NCBI RefSeq assembly: GCF_030684315.1
Contig: NC_081391.1
Location: forward strand, 20,296,629-20,360,628
Reading direction: 5' to 3'
Source: Stegostoma tigrinum
Taxonomy: Eukaryota
DNA length: 64,000 nucleotides
In this document: positions 15,261 through 34,926 of the stretch, piece by piece
Position numbering within the stretch: the stretch's first letter is position 1
Layout: each line of letters begins with the position of its first letter
Notes under the pieces: generated by a model
What the model saw: only the letters and a program-made list of their open reading frames with translations
The model's database searches: none
Told to the model about the DNA's origin: nothing
Program-made: the position numbers and the translations under genes

Positions 15261-15604
15261 AGTGGCAGGGATACCAGCGGAGAGGTACTCGGGTGTCCAT
15301 AGTAAGAGGGGCTATGCCTGCTTCTGTCAGTTATGTGGAACAGTCCCTCTTCTGCTGCTACACTGGCATTATCCCGTACCTCTTCCTTACTCATAGATTG
15401 ACAGTAAATAGCCAGCTACATTGCTGTGTGGGTGGTGAGTCAGCTGTCAGCCAACTGCTTTCCTTCCCTGAAAGGGTTAGAAAAACGTAGGACTGCTGAG
15501 AGTTGGCCTTTCAGCAAATTAAGTGGTGTCTCTTTTCTCTTCCACTCTTTCCCCGTCCTTTCGATCTCCTCTCTTCCCCCCTCCCTCCACCCCCTGCCCG
15601 AAGC

Positions 15605-15670
15605 CTGGATGCAATGCAGGGAACTCTGCAGAGAGAGAAGAAGGTGAACCAGAGTCTATTGGATCTCCAT
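15605..15670 (+). pseudogene. Inverted ferritin exon-3 fragment
   Basis: Plus strand reads [22 protein letters not shown], against [22 protein letters not shown] in exon 3. Preceded by a polypyrimidine tract. Confidence 0.8.
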
Positions 15671-16562
15671 GTCTGCAAATGTAGCTTTAATTGCACCAGC
15701 TGTCCCCAGCAGTTGATTGCTGGAGCCAGAACAGGAACTATGCCACATTTGTCCCACAAGCTACAAGGTGGGCATTGAGGATAGGAGACACTGTTACAGG
15801 AGAGAGCAGATTCCTCACTCAGTCTCCTACAGTGGAGACTTGTTAGAAAATCCAATTCCTTAGCTTGGGAAACTAGAACAGTGGTGTCTTGCTTGTTCAA
15901 AGAAGCATGCCAAAAAAATGCAATGCACGTGCCAGATGCTATTGCTGTTCCTTTTTTATTAACAAAGTATTTTTTTAATGCTTGGATTCTGCTAACCAAG
16001 TTAAATGAAGGTTACTAGCAAAACTGAGGTCTGGCAGCACCTGTGGATAGACTTCAGTTGAGGAGTCACCAGACTCAACCATTAATTGGTGTATCAACAC
16101 GTGCAGAGTGCCACCTACCCCCCTGACTCTAGCCGTTTGTATTGTGTTTGATCCCAGCTTTTAGGAAAGTTGGAGCATTGCTAGGGACAGGGCACCAGTT
16201 AAGTGGCTAACAGTTAGAATGGAGCAATTTTGGTGAAGCTATTGACTGGAGACTGCTCTTACAGAACTGTCACCGTGAGCACTGCTTAAAAGCCAAAAGC
16301 TTAACAGTTTGATTTCCACACCAATTACTCATTTAAAAAAATCTTTTGACTTTGGATTCAGAAACTGAACAAAAATTGCCAGGGCAAGCATTGATTCAAT
16401 GCAGAGAGCAAAAAGCCAAAGCGATTTAATAATCAGGTAATAAGCAGCCAAATAAGTGTAGTCAGATACATGGGCAATGTTTTCATTTTGTGCAGAGTGT
16501 GCAAAAAAAAAGTCATTCACTAGAACACCAGTGTACAACAAATGGAGTTGTTGAATCCTCAT

Positions 16563-18023
16563 TCAGCTCAGGCTGAGCCTGTCAAACAGATACTCTCCTT
16601 TGCCCTTCTGAGGGGCTCCCAGTCTCTTCAGGTTGGTGATGTTATCTCCCAGCTTCTTGATCATCTTCACTTGCTCATCCAAGTAGTGCCTCTCCAGGAA
16701 GTCACAGCTGGAAGACAAGACAAGTTAGTGGAATCCATTGAAGACATTTGGAAGTGACCCTCAATTCAGATTTAACAAATCAATACCATGTTGAGGGAGA
16801 GGGGCACTCTGGTGATGCGTTTGGACTGTTGTAGATTTAACAGTCTGCAGGAGGCAGTTATGAGACAATTGTATTCCCCCTCCCCACAAGAGTACACAAA
16901 CAGATCACTTTCAGGTTGGAAACATTCATCTTTCCTGGAATTTGATCGTCATCCTGGTAGTTTGTTGTTCGAAAGGCCATCAGCCCTACATGCTGAATTT
17001 AGCAGTGAAAGGCAAGGAAGCTTATTGGAGAGAAAGTGAGGAACTCACATGAGGGTCTGTGTGGCCAGAGGAGAGATTGTGCAGATCCAGCAAACTCTGG
17101 TTCACATCCTTCTCCTTCTGCAGAGCTCCCTGCCTTGCCTCCAGATCATTGACCATGGTCAGTCTTCTGAAGCGGCAGCGTGGGGGTGGATGGTAAGAGA
17201 CAAGACACATCACTTAAAATGCAAGAAACCAGTGAAAAAAGCAACAAGACCTCCATCTCATTAGGAGAGTGTACAACAGCTAAGAGATTATATCCAAAGC
17301 ATTAAAATGCTATAATATTCAGGGCTTAAAAAGCCTTCTTCAGGACAAAATGACATTTCATTAAACCCAATCTTGATGTCCTACAAGAGGAGCATGCACC
17401 CACATTCTGGAATGCCATCAGTTTCTCAGCTGTTCCCATTCCTTCGAGGAACAGTGCCATGAGAACTCAAAGTGACACAGGACAACATCTTCCCAGTCAA
17501 AAGTGAAAGGATTGTAAACAGGGAAACCCATTGGGGTTTGTTGTTAAAGATTCTTCTCTACTTGAAATGCTTCTTCAGTCAGGCCTGCAGGTTCTGGAAG
17601 GGAAAGCCTCCCTTGTAAATCACAACAAAAACAACACCAGAATAGATTGAGGTGTAGTTTCTTGCCTTGTGAAGCAGGAGGGAAGGGAGGGATCATCTTC
17701 CTACAAGTTGGGTCTTGAATATTTCATACTTGACACAAAATATTAAGTATTAAAATAAAACCTCAACATTCCAAAAGGCCATATGGGTAGGGAAAATGGC
17801 TCAGCTTCAGCAAGGAAACCTTCCAACACAGAACAGGATTCTCAGCTCTGGAGTGAACTAGCAAAGTTGATTAGTGAAGTATTGACAGCAAATAGAACTC
17901 AGGATTGTGATAGTGTTCCTCCCTCTGGGATGGAGGTCCAGGGTCGCATACGCTCTAGAGGTCAGACATATTATCTCTCAACAGATTAACACTATTCAAT
18001 AGAATAAGTCCAATTACATTGTA

Positions 18024-18063
<40 letters not shown>

Positions 18064-18347
18064 ACAGACATCCCAGGTCATACATCAGGATCAAACCATT
18101 AAAAGATTATTCACTTCTCAAGGTCAGGGAAAGGCCACAGAAGATTCTAAAATATGAATTGAATGATGCAGAGAGACCCTACACCCACAATACATTGAGG
18201 CCACAGCTTGAAATCTGAAATAAATCCAGAGAACACCACTGTCACCATGGAGAGGTAAACATGGGGGAAAGAAAGCACCAGGGTGATCTGCTTGTTAACA
18301 ACATCCTCACAGGCCTTGTGATGGTTCTGCCACACTTGGGACGGCAT
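16563..18347 (-). pseudogene. Ferritin pseudogene, copy C1
   Basis: Exon 1 at 18347-18246 is diverged (ITLVLSFPHVYLSM, E27 lost). Exon 2 (~17511-17372) has indels and its donor GT is mutated to AT. Exon 3 at 17166-17049 is 118 nt (frameshift). Exon 4 at 16707-16563 is 145 nt (2-nt deletion right after the acceptor). Confidence 0.9.
18030..18060 (+). repeat. (CA)n microsatellite
   Basis: About 15 CA units; absent at the paralogous site (~61825). Confidence 0.9.
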
Positions 18348-19139
18348 CTTCACTATTGCTGCTCACAATCACTTGGACAACTCTAGAACTGAGTCTCCCT
18401 CCCACAAGCTCTTGTATTTATACTCCAGAGACCATCCTGCACCAACCAGGGAATGACATCACTAACAATGATTGACAATCTCTGACAGCCAATCAGGAAT
18501 CTGCAAGAACCCAGTCACCAATGAACAGAGGAGGAGGAGAGTGGGGCAATGTGCTGAGACCCAGAGTCAATCAGAGATTTGGGTAACAGTCAGGTTGAGA
18601 TTATTATTCTGTGATAACGAGAGCACTTAGCCTCTCAAACCTGTCCCCTAATTCAACTGGATCGGTGCGAGTCTGAGTCTTCATTTAATACCTTTGCCTG
18701 GGTTCTGCATCGCATCATATTGCGAACTAGCACAGCTCAACAAATCAGTTTCGAAATGTCCAAGGGGCTTGCAGAATTTTGGGAGTGATACTGTAATGTT
18801 TGAGATTAAGCATCATCACTGATTACCATAGCTTTGATCTGAAGATTATTCCCCCTTTTCCAGGATTACTTCGCCACAGGAAACAGTACATTGTCTAACG
18901 GCACGATTAGATCCATTAATAATCCAAAGTACCTGGATAATATTCATTCTCGAGTCTTCCACACTCTTGCAAGGACAAGGCTAGTTGATGTAAACTGTAT
19001 TCATAACGTAACCAGCTTGGGGCTGAGAAAATGCTGGTGAATCTGTGCTAAGGTCCCTCAAATAACCCTGTCAGAGCTCAGCACAGCGCTCCAAATGTGC
19101 TCTGATGCCACTTCTATGCTGTTGTATTACAACCCATGC

Positions 19140-26042
<6,903 letters not shown>

Positions 26043-26109
26043 CTTCACTATTCCTGCTCACTTTCACCAGGGCAACTCCAGAACTCAGCCTCTCAGCCAC
26101 AAGCTCTTG

Positions 26110-26256
26110 TATTTAACCTCCTGGAACATCCTGCACTCAACCAGGGAATGACATCACCAATGATGATTGACAATCCCTGATAGCCAATCAGGCATCTCCA
26201 TGAATGCAGGAGCCAATGAAGGGCATGGGGTGGAATGAGATCCCCAGAGCCAATCA
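26110..26256 (-). promoter_or_regulatory. Ferritin D core promoter
   Basis: TTAAATA variant at the TATA position, TGACATCA, and four CCAAT at ~26157, 26184, 26213 and 26250. Confidence 0.6.
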
Positions 26257-26799
26257 GAGCTTTGGAACTGAGGCATATTTGGAACATTCAGTGATTGTCG
26301 CTGATGAACAGGAGGTGGATGTTCTGCCCTGTCCTGCCACCTAATTGTATCAAGCCTGGTCTGTTGCTTCCTTACACTCTTCCTACATTGGTCCTGTGTT
26401 CCTGTCACACCATGAACGAACGAACATCCAACTGTCTCACATCTGAGCAGTTTATTTGTTCCCAATATTTCTGGGAAAAAGATTGCAGAGTTCTGAATCC
26501 TTTTCCTGAGGAAATGATTCCTGGCACCTGCCCTGGATGGCCACAGCATAATGATGGCATTGTACTCCTTGGTCACGCTAAAATAATTTCTCTCCCTCTG
26601 GCTCCTCAAACCCGATTGTTATTTTCCAAACTCCAATTGTAGTCAGCCCTAAATCTTCATTACCCAAGTGAATGCAAGTACACTCTTTGCAAATTGTCCT
26701 CACAATTTAAGCCTGTTAGTCCTGGGATCGTTCTGGTGAATGCGCACTGTAGCGCGACGATGGTGTTGTTGCTGAGCTAGTCACAGAGAGGCTCGGATT

Positions 26800-27075
26800 A
26801 ACACCACGAGGGCAATAAGTGCTGACCTTAGCCAGCAATGCCCTCGTCCCATGAATGAACTGAAGAAAACTATCATCGATTGCCTTAGAAATCAATCTGG
26901 TTCACTGATATCTTTCAGGGAAGGAAATGGACTCCACGGCCTGTATATGACTACAGACCCACAGCAATATCACTGACTCCTAACTTGCCTCTGAGATGGT
27001 CAGAAACCTTTTAATTCAAGGGCAGTGAGAGAGGAGCGACAGGGCTTGGTCTTGCCAGTGACATTCTCCTCCCTG
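26800..27075 (+). mobile_element. Deu-domain (SacSINE1-like) SINE remnant
   Basis: ctggttcactgatatctttcagggaaggaaat...tgactacagacccacagcaat...aacttgcctctga. Recognised from memory of the consensus, not by search. Confidence 0.5.
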
Positions 27076-27177
27076 AAATCATTTCAAAAACACTTGCTCC
27101 AAGGCCGATATATCAGAACTGAATACTATTCTCCAGGTGGGGTTCACCCTACACTTTCCACCAGAGTAGCACAACCT

Positions 27178-27490
27178 TTCTGGTGGCTCGGTGATTAGTA
27201 CTACTGCCCCGGAGCGCCGCAGACCTGGGTTCAATCCCATCTTCGAGTGGCCGTTTGTGCATTCTCCCTGGGGCTGTGTGGGTCCCCTTCAGAAGCTCTG
27301 GGTTCTTCCCACAGTCTAAAGATGTGCACATCAGGTGGACTGGCCGTGCTATGTTGCCTTTAGCAAGCAGGCTAGGTGGGTTAGCCATGGGGAAATGGTG
27401 GGGTTACAAGGATGGGGTGGGCCTGGGTGCAATGCTCTTCAGAGGATCAGTGTGGGCTGAATGGCCTAGTTCCACACTGTAGGGATTCAC
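27178..27490 (+). mobile_element. HE1-like tRNA-derived SINE
   Basis: A-box ggtggctcggtgattag and B-box gggttcaatccc, V-domain-like core (tgcattctccc..gtgtgggt..cccacagtctaaagatgtgc) and a LINE-like tail. Confidence 0.75.
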
Positions 27491-28039
27491 TGATTTATAT
27501 TCCAGTTCCACTGCCTTGCAATGAACATTAAAATGCAATTAGCATTTTAAAAACATCTCATTTACTCTCTACAAGTTGTTAATAATTTCTGCACGCAGAT
27601 CCCCAAACACACTCTGCGCCTATTTATCTCCTCGCACTACACTATTTCAGAACACACTGATGTGTGTGTCTTGGTCTGAAGTACTCTTCCTCAGATTAAA
27701 TTCTACTGGTCAATATTGTCTATTTGCTTTATTAGTGCCATCTGGTTCTGTGTGGCAGAGGCAGGTTTATTATTGGCAGTGTTCAAGAGGCACTGGGTAA
27801 TTAAACAGGAACAACTTGCCAGTTTATAGGGAAAGGCAGAAGATTCACAGAAAGGGTAAAGTGCTCAGAGACCGAGTGCAAATGAGACAGTCTGATGGGC
27901 CGTCTTCTACAGTATGATAATGCTGTTGCGCTTCCATCAGGATGAGCTGGCTCACCTCCTCGGGAAACATGAAGACAACCAATGTGAATGAATTAACTAC
28001 CACTAGATCAAGGGCAGACTTTGAGACAAACCAAGACAT

Positions 28040-29375
28040 CAGTTGTTGGTAAAGTGTTGGAAAATGTTCCAAGAGATAGGATTTATAATCATCTAGAAAA
28101 GAATAATTTGATCAGGGATAGTCAGCACGGTTTTGTGAAGGGTAGGTCGTGCCTCACAATCCTTATTGCGTTCTTTGAGAAGGTGAGCAAACAGGTAGAT
28201 GAGAGTAAACCGGTTGATGTGGTGTATATGGTTTTCAGCAAGGCTTTCGATAAGGTTCCCCACAATAGGCTATTTACAAAATGTGGAGGAATGGGATTGT
28301 GGGAGATATAGCAGTTTGGATCAGAAGTTGGCTTGCTGAAAGAAGACAGGGTGGTGGTTGATGGGAAATGTTCATCCTGGAGACCAGTTACGAGCGGTGT
28401 ACCGCAAGGGTCGGTGTTGGGTCCACTGCTGTTTGTCATTTTTATAAACAGCCTGGATGAGGGCGTAGAAGGATGGGTTAGTAAATTTGCAGACGACACT
28501 AAGGTCGTTGGAGCTGTGGATAGTGACAAAGGATGTTGTAGGTTATAGAGAGGCATAGATAGGTAAGCTGCAGAGCTGGGCTGAGAGGTGGCAAATGGAG
28601 TTTAATGCGGACAAGTGTGAGGTGATGCACTTTGGTAGGAGTAACCAGAATGCAAAGTACTGGGCTAATGGTAACATTCTTGGTAGTGTAGATGAGCAGA
28701 GAGATCTCGGTGTCCATGTACACAGATCCTTGAAAGTTGCCACCCAGGTTGACAGCGTTGTTAAGAAGGCATACAGTGTTTTAGCTTTTATTAATAGAGG
28801 GATCGAGTTCCGGAACCAAGAGGTTATGCTGCAGCTGTACAAAACTCTGGTGCGGCCACACTTGGAGTATTGTGTACAGTTCTGGTCACTGCATTATAAG
28901 AAAGATGTGGAAGCTTTGGAAAGGGTGCAGAGGAGATTTACTAGGATGTTGCCTGGTATGGAGGGAAGGTCTTACGAGGAAAGGCTGAGGGACTTGAGGC
29001 TGTTTTCGTTAGAGAGAAGCAGGTTGAAAGGTGACTTAATTGAGACATAAGATAATCAGAGGGTTAGATAGCGAGAGCCTTTTTCCTAGGATGGTGACAG
29101 CGAGCATGAGGGGGCATAGCTTTAAATTGAGGGGTGAAAGATATAGGACAGATGTCAGAGGTAGTTTCTTTACTCAGAGAGTAGTAAGGGAATGGAACAC
29201 TTTGCCTGCAACAGAAGTAGATTCGCCAACTTTAAGTACATTTAAGTCGTCATTTGACAAGCATATGGACGTACATGGAATAGTGAAGGTTAGATGGGCT
29301 TCAGATTGGTATGACATGTCGGCACAACAGAGGGCCAAAGGGCCTGTACTGTGCTGTAATTTTCTATGTTCTATA
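28040..29375 (+). mobile_element. CR1/HER1-like LINE, 5'-truncated
   Basis: [42 protein letters not shown] and LVRPHLEYCVQFWS motifs; tail ttctatgttctat; frameshifts. Confidence 0.93.
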
Positions 29376-30081
29376 AACATCTATCCCACGAGCTCCAGAT
29401 TTAACCAGGAGCTGGAAAAAAAAAACCAAACCCCATTCTCTTCAAGTCTGCTATTAGAAGGTCAGAGTAGAAGCTGATATCTTTTTATATCAGCTCACTA
29501 AAGCCTTAATTTAGGGAGGGTGGGGGTCTTAGCCTTTCTAAAAGAGAAATGACTTGCTGCCTGCCAGATGTAGTGTAAGGGAAGTCAGGTGCTGAGCAAA
29601 AAAAACCCTAAATAGATGCTTCAAATGTGGGAAGCCTCTGAACATCTGAGGGATGAGTCAAGCTTTCCTCAAAAAGTAAATAGACACCACAAGAGTGCTA
29701 ATGACCTCTGGCTTTGAGAGATGATTTCAATATTTTATCAGTACTGCTGCAACATTTTGCTGAAGATAAACTTGGTTGCTCGTACTGCTGCAAACAAGGG
29801 GCAATTGCCCCATATATAGCCAAATGCTTGTCCACTCACTGACTCCAAGTATCTTTGGACAGTCATCCCTGTTGACATTATCCAGCTGGTCCAAGGAGTT
29901 GGACCAAAGTCAGCAAACCATATCCATGTTGTTGGGAATGGACAAAATCCTTGGAAGATATTGGATAGGCTTTGGGCTGCAGAATTACAGAAAGCTAGAC
30001 AGCTTTGGTTCAATGATTTTTATTTCATATTCCAGTACAAGCAAAAGAGAATGCAAGGACCAAGTGATTGTAAAATCCCAT

Positions 30082-32235
30082 TCAGCTGAGTGTGAGCCTG
30101 TCAAACAGGTACTCTCCCATGCCATTGTCAGGGGCTCCCAGTCTCTTCAGGTTGGTGATGTGATCTCCCAGCTTCTTGATCATCTTCACTTGCTCATCCA
30201 AGTAGTGCCTCTTCAGGAAGTCACACAGCTGGAGAAAGAAAAGAAATGTGTAGCTCACTGAGCAGAAAGCATCTTTGTACTTCAAATGCTCAGTGCTATG
30301 TGAATAGGTACATTTAACCTAAAGGACCAATGCCTTATCACCTTTAGACCAAAAAAGTGAAGTGCTCACATGAGGGTCCATGTGGCCAGAGGCGGGTTTG
30401 TGCAGATCCAGCAGACTCTGGTTCACATCCTTCTCCATCTGCAGAGCTCTCTGCATTGCCTCCAGACCATTGCCCCACTCATCTTGCTCTGGCTTCTGGA
30501 AGAAGGGTTTTGTTAGTCAGAAGCTGCTGATGGGAGTTTGTACTAGAACTGAAGGCTGTGCCTTTTATGGCTAAAAACACTTGTTCGGGTTCTCGTAGAG
30601 ATTGTTCTATTCAAAAGTTGATGGTGGCAGAGAGGGGGATAACCTGCCACATTCAGAATCAAAGCACACAAGGCACATGTGATGTTAGTGCTGGGAGCTT
30701 AAGAGGCTGATGTGGCGTTTGAAGTCAGTCACTCCCCCATCCAGATGGGAATTGCTGGTGTCAGTGTGTGAATTACTAGACTATTGTACTTCCTAGTCAG
30801 TCCCAGCTGCAAATAAGGGAATGCCACACAACATGTTGCATTCCCCTAAGTGACTCCAGCCCGGATGTTTCCAATGGTCAATCGTTTAAGACCACCAGGA
30901 TGACAGTGAAAAATCACTCGTCACTACAGCCCAATGAAGGGTCAAATTCCTTTGCTATTTGAGCATTTTAGAATTCAATTAAATTCTTAAACACCACCCT
31001 AACCATGTGGATGGAAACCTTGGTTAAAAACCCAGCAGGGGTCCTAAAACCATGAATTCAAGTCAAGTACATGTCATACAGAGGAGTGCTCATCTCAATC
31101 AATTGTTTCTGATCACTCCACAAGCTCCATTGGATGAAAAATCTATCAAAAACATTTCAGCCCATGCACTTGAATAAGTGCAGAATCAAAGATGCAGGAT
31201 ATCTAAAACACAGGCTTCTGTCAAAGTAAACCCTCAAGCTTTCCCCTTTTAAGTTAAAAGGGGGTTAAAAGTCCAACCTTGATGTCCTGCAGGAGGACTT
31301 GGCCTCCACGTTTATTCTGGAATGCAATCAGTCTCGCAGCATGTTCCCGTTCCTCATGGGACTGCTCCTTGAAGAACTGAGCAAAGTGATGCAGGGCAAC
31401 ATCATCCCGGTCAAAGAGAGAGAACTGTGGGGGGAAGGATTGGACAGAATTCAATTAAAGCAGACCCAGACATTCTAAGAGCCAAGGGCTTGGTTACTCA
31501 TTCTCTACCTGGCTTCAAGTTAGAGACTTGGAATTCTAGTCAAATATATTGGCCTCAGCTAGTTTGAAATCTAGTCACATCTGACCACATGCAAACCCCA
31601 TCCTTGTTTGGGGGATCATGTTAAGAAACAGTAGATGTTAACAGTCCAGAGACAGCAGTAATTTTTTGCTTAGCATTCCACTGACTCTACTTAATGCCAC
31701 AAAGACTTGCTTCCCTCACTAGTCAGGGAGGGGGTGCAGAAGAACCATCTGAACAGCCTAACATTACTAATCCACATGAAGAGTCAATGTCAGTTCAGGT
31801 AAGGAAGATCTAGTCAGTTTTGGGGGCAGTGAAAACAAGATTGATCAGCTAGTTTCTCACCTCAACATTCAGTTTTACCATTAAAGTAAGGAATTAGATT
31901 GCCTCTATGTAGAGAAAAATTCTTGTTGTCCAACCCACAGATTTGGCCATTTTAAAGAACATGACAGTCACAAATGAGACAACACAGACTTGTATCTCAA
32001 AATTTAATTGGCAGGGGAGGCAAAGGTTAGAATTAAATCTTAACTGACTGGTCACTAACACCAGAACTATTTGCACAGCATACAGTGAATTAGTAATAAC
32101 TTGGAAAAAGTACCCAAAAGATACAGCACTCACCATGGAGAGGTAAACATAGGAGGAATAGAGCTCCAGGTTGATCTGCTTGTTGACAGCATCCTCACAG
32201 TCCTTGTGGTAGTTCTGAGACACCTGGGAAACCAT
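30082..32235 (-). CDS. Ferritin subunit, divergent copy E, 173 aa (E134K, L120P)
   Basis: Exons 32235-32134 (MVSQVSQNY...), 31424-31278, 30495-30370 and 30228-30082. Open frame, canonical splice sites, AATAAA at 30024-30019. Confidence 0.9.
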
Positions 32236-32300
32236 CTTCACACCTACTTACAAAAAGCAAACTCAAACAACAGCCTAACCACACCTCCCACCATCTCTAG

Positions 32301-32450
32301 TATTTATGTAAATTGAAATCTGCATTCCAACAGGAAGTTATCACCAATAGTGCTTGGCTATTAGGGATTTCCAATCAGCAGGCTCCCATGAATACAGGCA
32401 TTAATTAGGGAGAGGTGCTGGGGGGAGCTATGTACAAAGCAGAGCCAATC
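32301..32450 (-). promoter_or_regulatory. Ferritin E core promoter (diverged)
   Basis: CATAAATA at 32308-32301, with CCAAT boxes retained at homologous spacing. Confidence 0.55.
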
Positions 32451-32649
32451 GGAGCAGTGGGAAACCAGCAGGTTTCAACAGTTTGGGCCATGGGAACAGG
32501 AGGAGACCATTCAGCCCCTCAAACCTATTTCAGTATATAATTGGATCTTGGCTGGTCTGCTTTTCAGTTCCATATGAACAACCTTCTTCCATAAAGCGGA
32601 ATCATAGAATCCCATCACAAATTCACCAAAGATCCTCAGATTGCACCTT

Positions 32650-33620
32650 TCAAGCAGATGACCATTTCCATCCAGACAGACAAGGGCAGCAGACACGTGA
32701 GAACACCACCAACTTCAAGCTCCCCTCCGAGCCACTCACCATCCCGACTTGGAAATATGTTGGCGTGCCTTCAGTGTCTCTGGGTGGAAATCCTGGAATT
32801 CTCTCTGTACGGCCATCGGGGTCGACATGGGCTTCATGAAGGCAGTTGAACCCCACCTTCTCAAGGGGAATCTAGCAATGTACAATAAATGCTGGCCCAA
32901 CCCATGACTGCCCTTGTCCCGCAAGTGAATACTCAAAAAAATTACAGTGCCGTAGGAGGCCATTTGGCCAATTGTGCTGCACCAGATCCATTGTGCTCAT
33001 CTCTTGCCATGTCCCTGCACATCACCACGATCACAAAAGAAAACCCAATGCTCTCTTCAAAGCTCTTCAAAGCTTCAATTGTATGTGCCCTCCCCACGTC
33101 TCCAGGCAGCACATTGCACATACTCTCCACATTCTGTGTAAAAATGTTTTTTTTCTCACTTTACCCTTGCTTTGTTTGCACATCACTTTAACTTTTTCTC
33201 TCGTTGACTCTATCAAATCAATTAATCAGCTTCAAATCTTAATAATAATTATTCCTTGTTCTTCTACACTCACAGGAACTTGAGGTTTTAAAAAATGTTG
33301 TTTTGGGATGTTGGCATCACTGGCGGGACGTGTATTTATTGCCCATCCCTGGTTTCCTCTTGAGAAGGTGGTGGTGAGTTGCCTTTGTGAACAGTTGCAA
33401 TGTCCATCTGGTGCAGATAGACTCAGATTGCCCCTAAGGAGAGAATTCCAGAAATCTGACTGATTTAACACTGCAGTAATGCTGAAGGGACGGTAATATA
33501 TTTCCAAGCCAGGATGGTGGATGGCTTGGAGGGGAACCTGCAGGGGGTGGTGTTCCCATGTATCTACTGCCCTTGTCTGAGCAGATGGAAGTGGATGTGG
33601 CTTTGGAAGGAGCTGTCAAA
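32650..33620. mobile_element. Two oppositely oriented LINE 3'-end fragments (~32650-32930 plus, ~33295-33620 minus)
   Basis: caccttctcaagggg..caataaatgctggccc versus tttattgcccatccct..cttgagaaggtggtggtgag. Confidence 0.55.
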
Positions 33621-34830
33621 ATACCTGAATTTCATCTTCAATGCAAATTGCCTTCATTGTTTAACCCTTTCGACCTGTTGTCATCCTGTGCTGCATTCCC
33701 TCACAGACTCATAGATCAAGACCTGAATACAGTATCATAGATATGCACTCGCTGGCATTTAATAAATGGTAGCAGAACTGTCCGATCAATAACATGGGGG
33801 CATCATTTTAAGGTGAAGAGCAGTAGGTTTAGAGGGGATTTGCCAAAAACATTTTTCACCCAGATGGTGTGATGGGAATCTGGAATGCACTGTGTGGGAG
33901 AGTAGTAGAGATGGGAAACATCACAACTTTTGAAACGTACATGGATGGGCACTTGAAGTGTCATTACACTCAAGGCTATAGGTGAAGTGCTAGAAAGTGA
34001 GATGAGTGTAGATAGGTCAGCACAGACCTGATGTCTATGGCCCGAATGTCGATCTCTTTGTAATCCAGACAATTCTGTGCCTGTCCACCAGCTCTTGCAA
34101 TTTCTGCAGATGGATCCCGTAACGTTATGGTCACCACCAATTCTGTTCCCCGAATGTCACAGTTTAGCTAATTTCTCTTTCTTGTTCCGAAGTGCATGGC
34201 CTCACTCTTCCTCACATTGAGGCCTGCCTGCTGCTGTTTGCTCATTCATTTCAACAATGGCTTGTTGCAAACTTTCAGATCCCATCCACACCATCCAATT
34301 TGTCGCTTAACTTTGTTTTGTCAGGAAATTTGGACATATATCTCTCGAGTCCTTCATCTACGTCAATCTGTCAATGTGAAACTGAAGCCCATGTGGAGAT
34401 ACCTGGGAGTGAGAGTCAAATTTTGTCAATCAAAGTTGGCAGCCATTCTGTCAGCCACCTTCCCCCTTCCCAATTCCCAACCCATGTCCAACAGTATCTT
34501 CCTATTGTACGTGCATGCATTTTTCCTAATTATGTCATGGATACTCGTCATTGGTGGAATTGATATTAGTTGCTTTGACTGTTCTCAAACTGATAGCATC
34601 AGTCCTCCAGGTCAGAGCTCCCCAATTCACCTTAGGGTTTGACGAGTTTGTAAATGAATATTTCTCCCTGTACATGATGTCGAATTAAATGACATCTGAA
34701 GGTTTGAAGCATCTCTCATCTGGTCCAGAAGAGGTCAGGGACACTGACACTGATCACAGCAGTTGAGGATATTACCCTGCACGAGATAGCCTGCAGCAAA
34801 TCTGCAAATCAACCAGTCACACTGGGAAAA

Positions 34831-34926
34831 CAGAGATAATGGGAACTGCAGATGCTGGAGAATCCAGGACAACAAAGTGTGGAGCTGGATGAACACAGCA
34901 GGCCCAGCAACATGTCAGGAGCACAA
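34831..34926 (-). mobile_element. Short Penelope terminal fragment with imperfect target-site duplication
   Basis: cagagataatgggaactgcagatgctggagaatcc...; flanked by acactgggaaaacaga and acactgggggaaacaga. Confidence 0.75.

Noticed and set aside
26043-26048. GTG-AAG extension giving 'MKMASQ' starts in the ORF track
   Set aside because: Artefact of allowing GTG starts; the ATG in AAGATGG has strong Kozak context and matches ferritin N-termini.
27178-27245. tRNA-like A/B boxes
   Set aside because: Head of a tRNA-derived SINE; no complete cloverleaf, and followed by SINE body.
29776-30261. Plus-strand ORFs containing [28 protein letters not shown] in several places
   Set aside because: Antisense reading of ferritin exon 4; conserved only because the exon is.
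32650-33620. Inverted repeat upstream of copy E as a possible DNA transposon
   Set aside because: The arms are diverged LINE 3'-end fragments in opposite orientation; no terminal inverted repeats, TSD or transposase seen.
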